Positions 41,205 through 54,930 of a stretch of 64,000 nucleotides of DNA are shown here, piece after piece. Within the stretch, counting starts at the first letter, position 1. Each line of letters starts with the position of its first letter. The DNA comes from Paramecium tetraurelia. Its lineage: Eukaryota. Where the stretch lies: NCBI GenBank assembly GCA_000165425.1, contig CT868063.1:372001-436000 (forward strand), in the 5' to 3' direction. The notes beneath the pieces were generated by a model. The model saw only the letters and a program-made list of their open reading frames with translations. It made no database searches and had not been told where the DNA came from. The position numbers and the translations under genes were made by a program.

Positions 41205-41724
41205 TCAGAAGAACATTTTCTTTGAGGGAGTAATTTAAAATTCTTTTGGCAAGCCTTTATTAGGACTTTTATAAAAAGTAAATTCCATATGATTGGGACT
41301 TTATAACCTAAAATTAGATTTTGATTGTTAATTATCCTTATCTTAAGGAAGATGTAAACTTGTAACTCTTTTGATTTCTGTTCTATCATCAATGAGCATT
41401 TCTATGAGTTTGTTTTTTTTATCACCTTCCTCTTTTAATTTTAAGTTTTTTAATAACAACTAATTGATTAAAGCCTCTTTGTCTGCATTTTAAGAATTTT
41501 TATTTTGAGCTTTTATTGAAACAGTTTTGTTTTAATTTAAATCTGTTTGATGCTCTACTTATTGTTTACAACTCTATTACCTAATAACCCTTATGATTGA
41601 ATACTTATGTCATTTTAGCATTTGAATTGATGAAACAATCTATTTTGGATATAATTTTTATTTCATGCCCTCTAGTTGTGGGGAAACACTTGTGACTAGG
41701 CGACTTTATTTTTTTTGCAGACAT
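41205..41724 (-). CDS. Small hypothetical protein, tandem family member A (ends EFTFYKSPNKGLPKEFQITPSKKMFF*)
   Basis: Code-6 ORF with one ~31-nt intron; shared C-terminal motif. Confidence 0.65.
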
Positions 41725-41780
41725 AGAAAGATGTTAATAAAAAATATTAATATAAAATAATTTAAGTATCATTTTATTGC

Positions 41781-42367
41781 TCAGATGAAGTATCGCTTTT
41801 TACTACAAGGTAATATCTGAAATTCCTTTGGTAATCTAAGTTTATGATCTTGAGTTTTTGGACTATAGAACGTAAACTTATATTAATCATCATAATTAAT
41901 GGATGATTTCAACAATGGCATTAATTTTTACTATTATATTTCTGAACAAGGTTCTGTGTTTAGAGCAGTTTCTTTTCTTTTGAAGATAAATGGTTTAGAT
42001 GGAGACACTAATTCTTTAATTACTATTTCTTTTCGAGATTATTATTAGCGAAATTGAAGACTTTCTTGAAAGTATTTATTAATCATTTAGGATTAGAGTG
42101 ATTTGCTTGTTACGGATGTAGTTAAAACTATATATATATTGAGTTAGAGATACTATTTTAGTCTGAGTGTTTGACTCTCCTCAAGGTTCGCTTTGGAAGA
42201 AAAAACATATTCTCTTCAATTAGTTAATCAGAAATTTATTGATTGTTTGAATTGCAATTTTTTTCCCGACTTTTTTAATTGGTAGGGAGTAACAGTTTAT
42301 TAATAGTCAAATTAGACATGGATTTTCTATTACTCCACATTCTTGTTCCTACGGATGTCGAATTCAT
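41781..42367 (-). CDS. Small hypothetical protein, tandem family member B (ends KFTFYSPKTQDHKLRLPKEFQILPCSKKRYFI*)
   Basis: MNSTSVGTRMW...; one 26-nt intron; shared motif. Confidence 0.7.
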
Positions 42368-42592
42368 CAACAATAATCGAGACTAATAAGAATTAATTAT
42401 AAAATATATCAAATAAAACGCAAATCAACTTTCAAAATATAATTAAAAATTATCTAAATTTTCGAGTATCTTTCCCTACTGTTTATTTAGAATATACATG
42501 CCATAAACTTGACAGATAATAAATCCTTATCTTAAAAACCATATTAAAATATTAAAATTAAATTATTGATGTTATCAAATAATAACAGAGAG

Positions 42593-43116
42593 TCAGATAA
42601 AATATTTTCTTTTTTTAGGCATCACTTAAAACACTTTTGGAAGTTTACATACACTAGTTTTCTAATTTGGTTCTGGACTGAAGAAAGTAAATAGCATTTT
42701 ATCATCTTTGCTCTCTCTTTCTCTAGTGTAAATAGGTTTTTAAATTTTCATCATTTATTTCTTGTCATTATATCGAGCATTATTTAAAGTATTAACTCTG
42801 CTTGATCGTATCGGTTCCTATTCCCCCATCTGCTACAATTTATTAATGATTAAATCTTGAGCAGAGCTTTTCTGAACCAACTTTTAATTTTCTTCCAAAA
42901 GCTCCTTAATTTTCGCTTGATATTGTGCATCAGATTATATAGGCAGATCTATTAAATAATTTGATGAAGAATACTTGAGTATGATAAAGCAGATGAGGTC
43001 CAAATCTATGGTGATTTAGGTGACAACTATCTTGAAGGTGTTTGAATTGTTGATTCAGTCGAATAAATACTCTAAGTTTTTCCATTCTTCAACTAAAATT
43101 AGTTTTTGTGTCTCAT
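42593..43116 (-). CDS. Small hypothetical protein, tandem family member C (ends LFTFFSPEPNQKTSVCKLPKVFQVMPKKRKYFI*)
   Basis: One 26-nt intron; short coiled coil; start approximate. Confidence 0.7.
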
Positions 43117-43201
43117 TAAGATGTTGATGGAAGAAGTAAATGTCTTCTTTAATCTTGAATTATTTTTATATACAAAACACAATTATTGAAATTAAAATAT
43201 C

Positions 43202-43560
43202 TCAATTAATTAATTACAATGATCGAGCAAAATATCTTTTTTTGTTGGAAGCTACCTGAAATTCTTTTTGAAGTCTTATACTCTTGATCTTGACTCAATT
43301 ATTCCATTCAGAAATTTTAATGTAAATTCGAAAAGACTGTCATTCTATTTATCATTTTTTTCATTATTTTATTCAATAATATAAGGAAACTTAGTAGAAA
43401 AGCTTTTAAACGAACTTTTTGAGTTGCTAGCTTAGAGAGCATGGCATCCACATTAGTAATTTTGTTTCTTTTTTTATATATTTCTAAAAATTATTGAGTC
43501 TGTTTCTCTTTTTTTCATTTTATTATTTTGAGTTGAGTATTTTAATGCATCAAAAATTAA
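43202..43560 (-). pseudogene. Decayed fourth member D of the tandem family
   Basis: FEFT in one frame, then IRLQKEFQVASNKKRYF in a shifted frame preceded by an in-frame TGA. Confidence 0.55.
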
Positions 43561-44087
43561 ATTAGTTAGGTAAAAGAACAATTACCCAAAGTATTCAAAA
43601 CAATTTCTTAATCTTCAGTCAATTCAGAGAAATTTTATTTATTTATTTTAAATACAAAAATGCATAAAGTATATTAGAATCTAAGTATTTTGATATGAAT
43701 TTACTATTTTCAGAATTTCTAGGTCTTGAACCTCAACTGGTAGATTCCTCCTAAAAAAATAATAGGATTCAATTATATATAGTTTATATTATTTTTGATG
43801 CACAATTTTGGTATTATATATTCTATTCATTGGGGGACAGGGTGATGGGAAGTTCTTTAAAAGAATTAATAATGAAATCCAGATATAATTAATACTAATC
43901 ATATTTTAAAATACATTTAATACTATAAGATCCTGAGTTATTTAATATAATAGAAGACCTTCAGTGGGTGATAAAATTTCATCGTATTTAATATTGAATT
44001 TTGATATCTAAAAATTATACAAATAACTACTAGCGTGTATTATATAAATATAATTTATTATAAAAGGAGTGTAAAATTAAGTTCATT

Positions 44088-45151
44088 ATGTTTAATGGTT
44101 ATCAGTATGATAAATAATTGGCATTTACAAAAGAAATAGATAAAATCAAAACAGATTACTTGAAATAAAGGGAAAATCGCAAAGGTAATTCCAATGTTTA
44201 ATTAGAACTAAACCAAAGATTATCGAAAAATTATAAGAAAAGAATAGAAAATTTTGTGATAAATATGTTAGAAAAGCCAGTTGTATGCAATGAGTATAAG
44301 CCACCTGAGGCATACTAATTTAGAGATGAAGATCCAACAAGAAATCTTGGAGATCCACAAATCTATGTTAAAGGATTTAAGCATGAAAAAGATAGAATTC
44401 AAGAAGCCCAAGAGAAAAATAATAATTTGGATTTCTTACCAAATTTAAAAGCAGGGAAATATTGTTTCAGAGAAAGAGACCCCTCAAAGGACATAAAAAG
44501 AGATGTTTTTAGATATAGAGATAAAACTGCTTTAGCAAGAATTGAGTAATTTTTGAAAGATCACACTCAATCTCAGGTGGAGAACATGAAACTTGATCAT
44601 AAAAAGATTCTAAATTTAGAACATTTTTCAGAAGGAATGTCTTCTCTAGAAAGAAAGGCATATTTATCAAGATTGATAGCAAAGAATTTACTACCGTCAT
44701 TGCATAATAAAACCCATTTTTAGGCAGCACAAACTATGTACAATAATTTACCATGTAAATACATATAAAAATACTAAGTAACTTTAATGGAACATGCACG
44801 TTCACTTCCTTAGGTTCATACACAAGAAGATAGTAGAAGAAAACCTCCGACATCTCAAGACAGATAAAAGACAATATCATATGAAAACTAAATTAAATAA
44901 GAAGATAATGGAACTTAACCTAAACAAGGCAATGAAACAGAGACATTCAATCCCGTTGAAACTTCAAAATAAATCTTAAAGAAATGCAATGTAATTAAAG
45001 AAAGAAATATTAAAGTAGAAACATATTAATATATTAGGCTCCTGTTGTTCATTCAGGTTCTGGTCATTTAATTTCTACTCTTGATAAATCAATTTCAGAA
45101 ATTTACAAAGAACTCTATAAAGTCGAAATTGGATAATCAAAATTGCGATGA
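44088..45151 (+). CDS. Hypothetical ciliate protein (contains LPSLHNKTHFQAA)
   Basis: MFNGYQYDKQL...FRERDPSKDI...; code-6 ORF with introns. Confidence 0.7.
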
Positions 45152-45187
45152 AAATAATTTTTATATTAATCATTATATATATTTTAT

Positions 45188-45703
45188 ATGTGGGAAATCA
45201 AAATTAAGAAGGAGAACAGTTTGCCTGATCCAGTTGGTTATAAAAAAGCATTTGATGATTGCTAAGGACAAGAGTTGAGGGATGATTTAGAGAAGGTAAT
45301 TTTATTACCATAAGCATTTAGAAAGCTATGGGTATTGCTAAAGGAGGATTTGGAAACATATTTATGATAATGTTCACTTTGTATATGACAGGAAATATGA
45401 TGAATATATTTACGATTGTGATCATTGGGTAATTTTTATGGTAAGCTATTTCCACAATTGCAAAAATGGATCAAGCATTTTCATTATTAGAGAATAGAGG
45501 AATATCACTGTTTTTCTACAAATTGATTTATTTATCAGCTGGATTATTGCAATTGGGAGTTGTGCTTTATAAACTATACAACATCGGCTTACTTCCATTG
45601 AATAGTGCTGATTGGATTGATTTGGTTCCCTTGCATCATGTAAAAACTATTTAGACTAAGTATTTAGTAAGAAGAGATTGTTGTACCTTATAGCTATAAT
45701 TGA
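45188..45703 (+). CDS. EMC4: ER membrane protein complex subunit 4
   Basis: LPDPVGY...KAMGIAKGGFGNIFMIMFTLYMTGN...YKLYNIGLLPLNSADW. Confidence 0.88.
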
Positions 45704-45787
45704 TTTTATGTTAATACACACATATAATACAAATAAAATGTATTTGTTATTTTAGTTTAATAAATTTTCCATTTCTGAAACCCATAA

Positions 45788-46924
45788 ATGAATTGCTAAA
45801 ACTCGAAATGCAATGAGCAGATACAATACAATTCTATAATAAATGGCACTTAAATAACTTGTGACAATTGTTCCAATGTATTTTATTGTTCAATCAAATG
45901 TAGAGATTTCGATTGGTATTTAGTTATTTCATTAATCATAGGGAGGGGCATCATTAATTGGTTTGTCATGAGTCATTTGAAATAACTCCCAAATTAACTG
46001 TAAGTTAACTGGATGGTGAAATGAGTCTAATAGGGAATGGAAGTTTTGGAATAGTATACTTAAAATAACTGAATGGATATAATTTTGCGATAAAAAAAAT
46101 AAATAAAAATCTGGCATACAGGGAACTTAAAATACATAAATAACTAAAGCACAAACACATTATTTAGTTATTATAATTTATAGAGAAAGATGATCATATT
46201 TATTTGATCTTAGAATATGCACGTATTGATTAAATTTCCTATTTAGAAAATGGTCATTTAACAACTAATATGTAGGTAGATCCAAAACAAATAATAGTTC
46301 AATTATGTAATGCATTACAATACCTTCATAACAAAGGAATTATTCATAGAGACATTAAACCAACAAATGTATTGTTAAGTGGCAATAATAATGTTAAATT
46401 ATGTGATTTTGGTTTAGCTACTCATAAGAATGTCATAAGTAACTTTTCTGGTACTTATGAATTTATGGCACCTGAAATATTAAGAAATTATCCATAATCA
46501 TTTTCTGTAGACATTTGGAGTTTAGGTTGTCTCTTATATTGGATGCTTGAAAAAAAGCCTATTATATCAGGTATTTGAAATCTGCATAATTCGATAGGCA
46601 ATGAGGCTGAGATGATTGAGTAAATCCTCAATTTTACTGAACCCAAGTTCACTATTACTGATATCTATGCCAAAGATTTAATTAAGAAGATGCTTGTTAT
46701 CGAACCTAATGATAGAATAACAGTAAATGAGATAATTACACATCCTTTCATTACTAAAGAGTTTCTTGAACAACCTAAAGATTGAAGAAATTTCAAATTC
46801 ATATTCTGATGAAACATAAGCTAGTTATCATCCATAATAAGCTGCTCCATAGATTCACAGCGATGATAGAAATGTCTTTTAAAGAATAGCTAGTCTATTT
46901 TTATGCATGGCTCGGGATAAATGA
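45788..46924 (+). CDS. Ser/Thr kinase (Aurora-like) with an N-terminal MYND-type zinc finger; apparent +1 indel near 46778
   Basis: C..C...[54 protein letters not shown] at 46783 as written, with a coding-like tail continuing in the shifted frame. Confidence 0.8.
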
Positions 46925-47414
46925 CAATAAAACTACAAGAGATAGAGTTATAATATATATTATGACAAAATTTAATTTTATAAATAAGACACAATATTTT
47001 CATAAGAATCTATTGAATTCTAGTTTTATATGATAATAAGATTTAAATCATATATTTATTTCTTTTCAAAAAGAGTAATATTTTTAAATTATTCTTCATA
47101 ATAAATCTATTATATCTAAAAATTAAGTAATTTACTTCATTTACGAGAAACAAACAAAGAAAAAAATGTTAAAGAAACATTTACTTTTATTTATATGTAA
47201 GTAAGTCTGTATTTATTGCAAAAGTAAAGTAAACAATATCATTATTCAATATAATTGAAAAAATTATTCTACAATAGAAGTATTTAGAAATGACTTAGGA
47301 TTTTATAAATTAAAATAAGTTTCACATTTTTCATTTACTCATATAAAAAAATAAAGCTATTTTTCATTGCTTTCAACCAAGATATAATGTAAATATTATA
47401 TATAATATATTGTG

Positions 47415-48597
47415 ATGATTACTAACTTTATAATTTTAGTGTATTTGGCATCATGGACCTTGTTCATTCTTGTGATGATATTGATTGGATATCTAATAGA
47501 TAAATCATATAGATTAGCTTCAATATCTCCTTAAATTAACAACAAAGCAAGAGCTGAAACAACTTTTGCAATTCAACCAATTACATCAAAAATATAAAAT
47601 CATACTAGAACATAGCAAATAACTAGGCTTGAAAACAATGAACTAGATGATTTTTTTAATAATCCAGTAGATAATTCACCAAACTAGATATAAGATGATT
47701 AATATTATAGCAACGTGGAGAGAAATATCACAGAATAAACTTCTCCAGTTCGTTTAACAGTAGAATCAAAACAGATGTAATCTCCCAGAACGAATAGAAC
47801 ACCCTAAAGATCGAATACGTTAAGAAGAACTATTTTGAGAAAACCAACAATTGGTACATATGAGGGAATAGATACTATATAGACTACGAATAGGAAAAGT
47901 TTAAGAACTTCTCGAAGAGGATTATCATAAATTCAAAATGATAGAAGTAGTGTTGGTGATTCTACTCCCAGATCAACAAATCAAAAATAATTATAAAATT
48001 AAACAAGAATTTCCCAGTTTAGCATTCTTGGTAAGCTTGAACCGATATAATAAGATCCAAATTATATGATACCAAAACCAGAAAATGATATTTATGTATA
48101 AATTGAAATAAAAATAGAAATGTCATTAATTTAGTAAAATATTTTATTCGCATAAAGAGGGGATTTCAAGAATTTTTATGATCTTTACAATATATTTTCG
48201 ATAATTAATTTGTTTGGATGTGTCAGGAGTGCTTTTACATTATCTTCCAAATCTCAATTTTTGGATCATTATTGCAATAACAACAAGCACTTGTTTGATA
48301 TTGAAGATAACTGATTATCATGCAATCAAAGGTATTGTTCGTCATCATCAAAAGTTAAAATATGTTTAAATAGTTTTTTGGATATCTAGCATAGGAATAA
48401 TAATTTGGTTCATTATGTTTCTAAGTTTTGATAATTTATAATGGTTTATTGAATATCTACCTAGTTTACTTTTAGATTTAATAGTGATTGATCCATTAAA
48501 ATATTTTATGATCAAATATTGTTTGCAAGAACCAAAGAAAATCAGAGAACCTAAATCAAAGGTAGATGTCCTAAAAGTAATGCAATAAATTAAATGA
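47415..48597 (+). CDS. Multi-pass membrane protein (N-terminal TM, long S/T/R loop, C-terminal TM cluster)
   Basis: MITNFIILVYLASWTLFILVMILIG...; HQFSKIFYSHKEGISRIFMIF...; further hydrophobic helices. Confidence 0.7.
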
Positions 48598-48806
48598 TTG
48601 TATTCATATTATTCGTATCGTAACTGTGTATAATTATAGATAATATATGTGAAGATAGTAGTTTATAGATGAAGTCTAAAGAGTATGTTTATTATTATCT
48701 AAATACAATACATCCTTATAAGAGACTAATCCATAAAGCTATTTACCAAAGTTAATGCTAAATATTTAGGATTTGTTTTTAATATTATTAATTCATATAT
48801 CACCTT

Positions 48807-49698
48807 TCATCTTCTCCATGATCTAATAATGTTAGAACATAATTACTTTTGAATAGGACCTCTGCTTATCTTAAGAATTCCACTAGTTTATCTATCAGTA
48901 TTATTTTTATTGTTCTGCCCAACTAATTTAGCAGACAGTCTTCTCAACTACCAATTACATTAAATATTTACGCTTTTATCATCTCCATTGACATTGACTA
49001 CCTCACCATCAACTTTTGAAACAAATAATTCAGCATTATCTTATTTAAAAAATCTAATCAAACCAATTCCTTCAGGCTATTTTAAATAATTAGATTATGT
49101 ACCTTGACATTTCCAAAATTGTCTCTCTCGAGTTTGCACATCTCCATAGGTCCATATTAGGAACAAAATTCCTAAAAATAATCGAATTAAGATTTTTACT
49201 CTAAGTCCGGTCTCCGTTTGATGTGGATCTAAACCTCTGACAATTACATTGGGTCTAGGTCCTTTAGAGTTAACTTCTCTATCTCTATCATCATCTCTAT
49301 CTCTATTATTATATCTCTATTCTTCTCTATTTCTAACTCTATCTCTTTCTTCATCTCTATCTCTTTCTCTATCTCTCACTCTATCTCTTCCTCTTTCTCT
49401 TTCCCTTTACTATTATCTAGGTCTATTTTAGATTCGATTTATTCTTTATCTTCGAGCTTAGCCAGTTGGTATTCTTCTGAATCTATTTTATCTTTATTAT
49501 CCCTGTAATGTTTTCAAAAAGATGTACTTGCTATTATTATTATCTTGATTGTATTTATCTTTATTTCCATACAGGTCTAGTTCCTCTGTTTGAAAAGTTT
49601 CTATCTCCTCTTCTTCCTCTTCTATTGAATTAATTATTATTTCTGTTTTTATTTCCTTTTGATTGTTTTTCAAGATTCACATATTCCAACTCACTCAT
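48807..49698 (-). CDS. RRM RNA-binding protein with RG and RD/RE tracts (ALYREF/SR-like)
   Basis: RRGRRGDR, RE/RD dipeptide tract, NVIVRGLDP...GIGLIRF RRM motifs. Confidence 0.65.
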
Positions 49699-49760
49699 TT
49701 TAATATTTAATTAATAATTTATGTCTATATATTTCAACACACATTTATAATTAAAAATGA

Positions 49761-50884
49761 TCAATCATCCTCAGTATAAAAATCTAATCTAGAATTTGTA
49801 AACTTTAAAGAATATAACCAATACGAGAAATGCTAAGTAACATACACAGCATTTTTTAATTTTTCAGCACTACTACCAAATATTTTGAAATTCTTTTCAA
49901 TAGTCTCTAATCCCATATAGGATGAAGGTAAAAATGACAATATAAATTCGTTAGCAATCAATAGCATGTATTCACCATTTTAAACATCGCAAAACTCCTA
50001 ATTTTGAATAACCTCTAATTAATATTTTAGAATTACAACCTTCTTTGATGTCCAACTGTTTATGATCTCCATTTTTTTAATCTTAAAGATAGTTCTCTTT
50101 TGCCTAATAACCAAAAGTATTCAAACATTTTTAATAGAAAATTATGAATATAGCCATCTATTTATGTATTGTATTTAAATTACTTCTTTATATGCTTCAA
50201 CACATAACTTTGGACCTATTTGAGTTAAAAAATATGCCAAAATTTTAGCTACGTTGGTTTTACGTAAGGATTTATCTTTATCAAATGGTTCATTAGCAAG
50301 AAGATCAGTATCTTGAAGTTTAATCTTAAATTAGAAACATTATCTACTTTCTCATCTGTTAGATCTTTTAATAAATCATAGATTCCCTAATATTCAGAAC
50401 AATTTGAAAAGACATTATTGGAAGGAAAATGTTTAAGCAGGAACTCCTATACTTCTACATCATTTGAAAATTTTTCTGTTTATCTAAAATTCCCTAGACT
50501 ATCTAAGAATGTTAGAAGTCCTTCGAGAGTCTCGTCTGGCTCGTTGCCACTCTCAGATTATCCATCATCCGACTTAGCGCTTTTTCTATCTTAATCTTCT
50601 TGCTCATAGTATATTGTGATAAATTTACTCTTCTTGGTCTTCCTCTACCAGGTCGTTAATTTGCATTATTTGGCAATTGAGTTCCATCCGGAGCTACTGA
50701 ATCATGTTTCTATCTTTCAGTTATATATAGTTCCATACTTCAAATGAGTATATAAAGCAGCATAACTTAGATAGCTTTTACCACATCCGCAAGTAAAATC
50801 TCGATTATTGGAATCATTTCTCCTCCTTCTATTTCTTGCCTATAAAGAATTCTCTTCTGGATTGGCTGAATTTTATTAATCCAT
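49761..50884 (-). CDS. C2H2 zinc finger + AT-hook putative transcription factor (ciliate family)
   Basis: FTCGCGKSYLSYAALYTHLKQKH, GRGRPR; C-terminal HFSYWLYSLKFTNSRL. Confidence 0.8.
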
Positions 50885-50963
50885 AATTTATTTTATATAT
50901 TATTCAAATAATAATTATTGATGATTTATAAAATAGTTACAAAAATATCGATTATCAATAAAT

Positions 50964-52611
50964 TCAAGCCTTTTCTGGTTGAATAAATTCACAGGTTACA
51001 CATAAGAATGTCAGAATTATGCTTACGCATAATAAACCGCATACAAAAAAATAGAATAATCTATTCAAATTATTACGGAATTTCATTTTTTTCACTTGCT
51101 TAACCAAGAATACATAAAACAAAGTAGGTAATCCCAATTAAATTGCATTACAAGCTATAGCTCCTAATAAATTATAGACAGTTCCTAAATTTTGTATAAA
51201 AACTGCTCCAATCGCTAATAATATGAATAGCGAAATGCTGATTCCATAGAATCTTATGGCTTAAGATTTTTTTCGAAATTACAAAAGTTCTTTGTAATAC
51301 TACTCATTTTATGACGAATCTAGTAATTTCTTTTTGGCCAAAATATTAACTTTTTTATTTTCCTATAATTATATATATTAGTCATTACAGTAAATTATTT
51401 AATCATTTATATAAAATTATTTCTTCCACCAAAAAATATGACTGGTAATGTAAGGGTTGTAGAAAATACAAAGGATAAATTCAAAATAACAAATAAAACA
51501 GCACCAACATCTTATTCTTTAATACTTAATAAAAAATTTGGTTCAATCTAAATATTATAATATTAATTTTGTTACATTTTTCCCATAGGTTGCATATCCT
51601 AACAATCCAACTATTAAATATAAAATAGAACCCTAACAAAATCCTAAAATTGTTGAAGTGAGTAAATTTGAATCACTTGGTTTTGCCATTCCTTTGTAAA
51701 TAGGAAATAAATTAAATTGCCAATTAAATGCTAATATTAATGTTGGCATAGATGCTAAGGCTCTTTTTATTTCAAAATTATCTGGAATCCACCATGAAAA
51801 TTGACTATTGGTTTTATCAATCGTAAAAAAATTATAGATGACAAGACATGAAAAAGAACTGATTGATAAAATAGCAAATAAACTAACAAATCTCAACTTC
51901 TCTATTGACTTAACAAGCAAAAAAGGAAGTAAGAATATGCTTAGCACTATTAAAAAAATCGGTCTTGTTAAATAGAAAGGTTATTCTTCTGTAGTTCTAT
52001 CAGTAAAATAATTCATAAGATTGCCCACTGTATCTCCAAAAATACTAAATATATAATTTAATTTACATTAATTCACTTAAACATACTCCCAAATTTGATA
52101 AAATAATCATCACATTCACTAATATGATAATCCATTTATGCTTGAAGATATAAAATCCAATTGTTGAAAAATTACTTCTTTTGGATAAATTCTTAGATTT
52201 TAATAATAAATTTGATGAGAGGATTCCATTAATGAATATTACCATCAAAATTAGAATTGTCAAAATAGCTCCAAAGTTTGATGCTACATAAGGCTAGGTT
52301 ATTTTTAAAAAAATACTATTCCTAAAATTCCTACTCCCACCATACTCTTCATTATAATCACTGATGTCATTGGGATTGATGTTTTCTATCCCCTTTTTTA
52401 CCAGATTGATGATTGGCCTGTTGATTACATAAAACTCTTTTCTAATGCTTCATCACCACTATTAATTATCAATAAATAGCTACCTAAGTTAATTAGCAGG
52501 AATTTCATCAATGGAATTTCTATATCCTTCCTATACATTAAATTGATCATCCATCTGAAATGATCCTTGGACTTCATCAAATGCATCTTGTGAGGGTTTG
52601 TTTTGCAACAT
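50964..52611 (-). CDS. Amino-acid transporter (Aa_trans, SLC38/AVT family)
   Basis: IIMKSMVGVGILG, SIEKLRFVS, LAFNWQFNLFPIY, YATYG; many TM helices. Confidence 0.9.
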
Positions 52612-52813
52612 GAGATTTCTTTTTGAAACTTTTTGATTTTAATTATATTGAATTTTATATGGATAATCATTGTCGCATTTAAATTGATGTATTCTGTGAA
52701 GAAATTTAATATAATCAGAAATATTCACTTTTAATTTAATTATATTGATTTATTAATCTTATTATTAGAAAAATTACTACATAATCAATATAAATAATTA
52801 TTCAATTAAAAAG

Positions 52814-53769
52814 TCAAAATCTTTTTTCAGCTAATGCCTATTGTCTCCAACTTTCGCTGAATTCATTAATATTAGCCATAAATTCATCTTAGTAACCAAT
52901 CGGAGCTTTTTTAGGATCTTTTAATGGATTCAAATTTAAAGCTAGTCCTACTACTTTTTTTTCATTTTTTATTATGGTTTGAGGATCAACTAACATATTT
53001 AATGATAATTACCAAATGGAAATGAATCATCAGAGCTATATTTTTAAGATTCATCCATGAATTCGGATTGATCTTATTTTAGTTTACAAGTTTCAACATT
53101 ATCTTAACATTTTTTCAACATTTTTCGAGGATCAACTCCATGTGATCGAAGTGTATTCATGATTGAAATAAAGTTTTCTTCATTTTTTATTTTGATTTAT
53201 TTCTGTTAATCTTCAATAACAGATTTGAATTTATCCAACTAAAAATTCATTTCTTGGATTTGCGATTTCAAAGAATTATTTTATCTGACTAGAGATTCAA
53301 TTTCCTTCTTTTATGTTTGAACATCATTTCGAATAGTTTGTGCTAAAATAATGAAAAGCTTTTTTAAATCTGCAAAAATTGAGATTTTTAGGGATTGCTC
53401 TTTTATTTCCATTTTATCAAGTAGTTCTTGAAAGGAATGAAGTGAAACTTGGTTTTTGAGGTTTTAGCATTCAGCAAAGAGTGAGTTTTCTAGAATCTTA
53501 AACATAGGTTTTGGGGATAGCTCTTTTTCAGGGAGTGTGAATGATGAAGCTTCTTAACAAGTGTTGTATTTTTAAACTTTTTAATTGACCTTTTCGCTAA
53601 CTTTTTCTTTTAGAGTACTAATTAAATAACTAGTAGAGATGTTAGAATGTGATCCTCTTAAAACTGTGAAAGTAATTACATACATTTACTTTCATCTAAT
53701 AATTTTTATTTTATATCTCCTCCTGCTTTGGATTGGAGTCGTTGATGTAAATTTGAATTGTAGTTACAT
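52814..53769 (-). CDS. Hypothetical coiled-coil protein (C-terminal GYQDEFMANINEFSESWRQQALAEKRF)
   Basis: Continuous code-6 ORF with an intron. Confidence 0.7.
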
Positions 53770-53987
53770 GATTTATTTAATTTTTATTTGCTAGTCAAAT
53801 TCAAAAGATCTTTGTTAGATGTTTGATGGCTATTGGGATGAGAGTACATCTCTCTAGAATAATCATTTGGAGTTTACTTTTTGTTAACATATTAGACTTA
53901 CATTTTTACGTTATCTATAGATTTTGGAAATCAATTAATCCATATGAGGAGTTCTGTTCATTTTATTTTTTATATTTTATTAATTAT

Positions 53988-54883
53988 ATGTTAAATAGCT
54001 CAATATATTCATCCCCTAATACTTAAAAACAAAGAAGTTCATCTATGATGATGTCTTTGATTTATGGAACTTCAGGTATACTAAAAACTTATAATTAGTG
54101 TCTCCTAATAAATCTCGAGTCATCCAATTAAGTGAGAAACTATCTTAATTATCAATTGATGAGGATAGAACATTAAAAAAGGAAACCTATGAAGAAAAAT
54201 TGAATTCAATAAATTAAAAGGTTCAAAAAGCCCATTAAAACGATCTCAGTAGACTACAATCATTATAAGAGCAATTAACTAAAATGGAAGAAACGTTAAG
54301 AAATGATTAAATTATCAGAAATGTAAAATAAAATAAAATTTATTAATAGACTAATTCTAAAAACTTTCATTAAACTGCTCTAAAAGAGCAAGAGAAGAAT
54401 GTGCAATAGAGTATTTAAAAAGATAAACTTCATCGTAAGACATTTGAAATGAGATTAACGAAATTGTTGGACGAACAATCTTACAAAATGAGATTAGAAT
54501 TGGCCAGATAACAACAGTATAGGAAAGAGACAGAAGAGCAATACTAAATTGAGATTGAGCATAAAATTCAAAATCTAAGTTAGGATGTAAGGAATGAGAA
54601 GAGAGAAAGGTATCATTACATTAAAATTGTTAGAGAAATGATTTATTAAGAGTTCGTAAGAAGAATGGGAGAGCAGGTATTTTCAGTATCTGAAACTTTG
54701 AATTAAGAAAAGAAGTAACGATCAGATTCTTAAAACCAAATGGAGGTGATGATTTAGGAGATTAATAATATTCTAAACTTATAATTGGCTGAGGAACAGT
54801 TATAAAGAGATGAGACTGAAAGAACAATGATCAGATTATTAAATGAGACATGTAATCGGGTGGAGAATTCCCTGAGAAAATGA
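53988..54883 (+). CDS. SF-assemblin-like striated-rootlet (kinetodesmal fibre) coiled-coil protein
   Basis: SPNKSRVIQLSEKL head, segmented coiled coil, C-terminal EEQLQRDETERTMIRLLNETCNRVE. Confidence 0.75.
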
Positions 54884-54930
54884 TTGTATTTTAATAATTT
54901 TATTTTAATCATAATAATTGATTAATTAAA

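Noticed and set aside
43696..44000. Possible small gene starting MNLLFSEFLGLEPQL
   Set aside because: No consistent spliced ORF could be built; at most a remnant
49249..49431. SLSLSL ORF / CT-rich microsatellite
   Set aside because: Antisense of the RD/RE tract of the RRM gene
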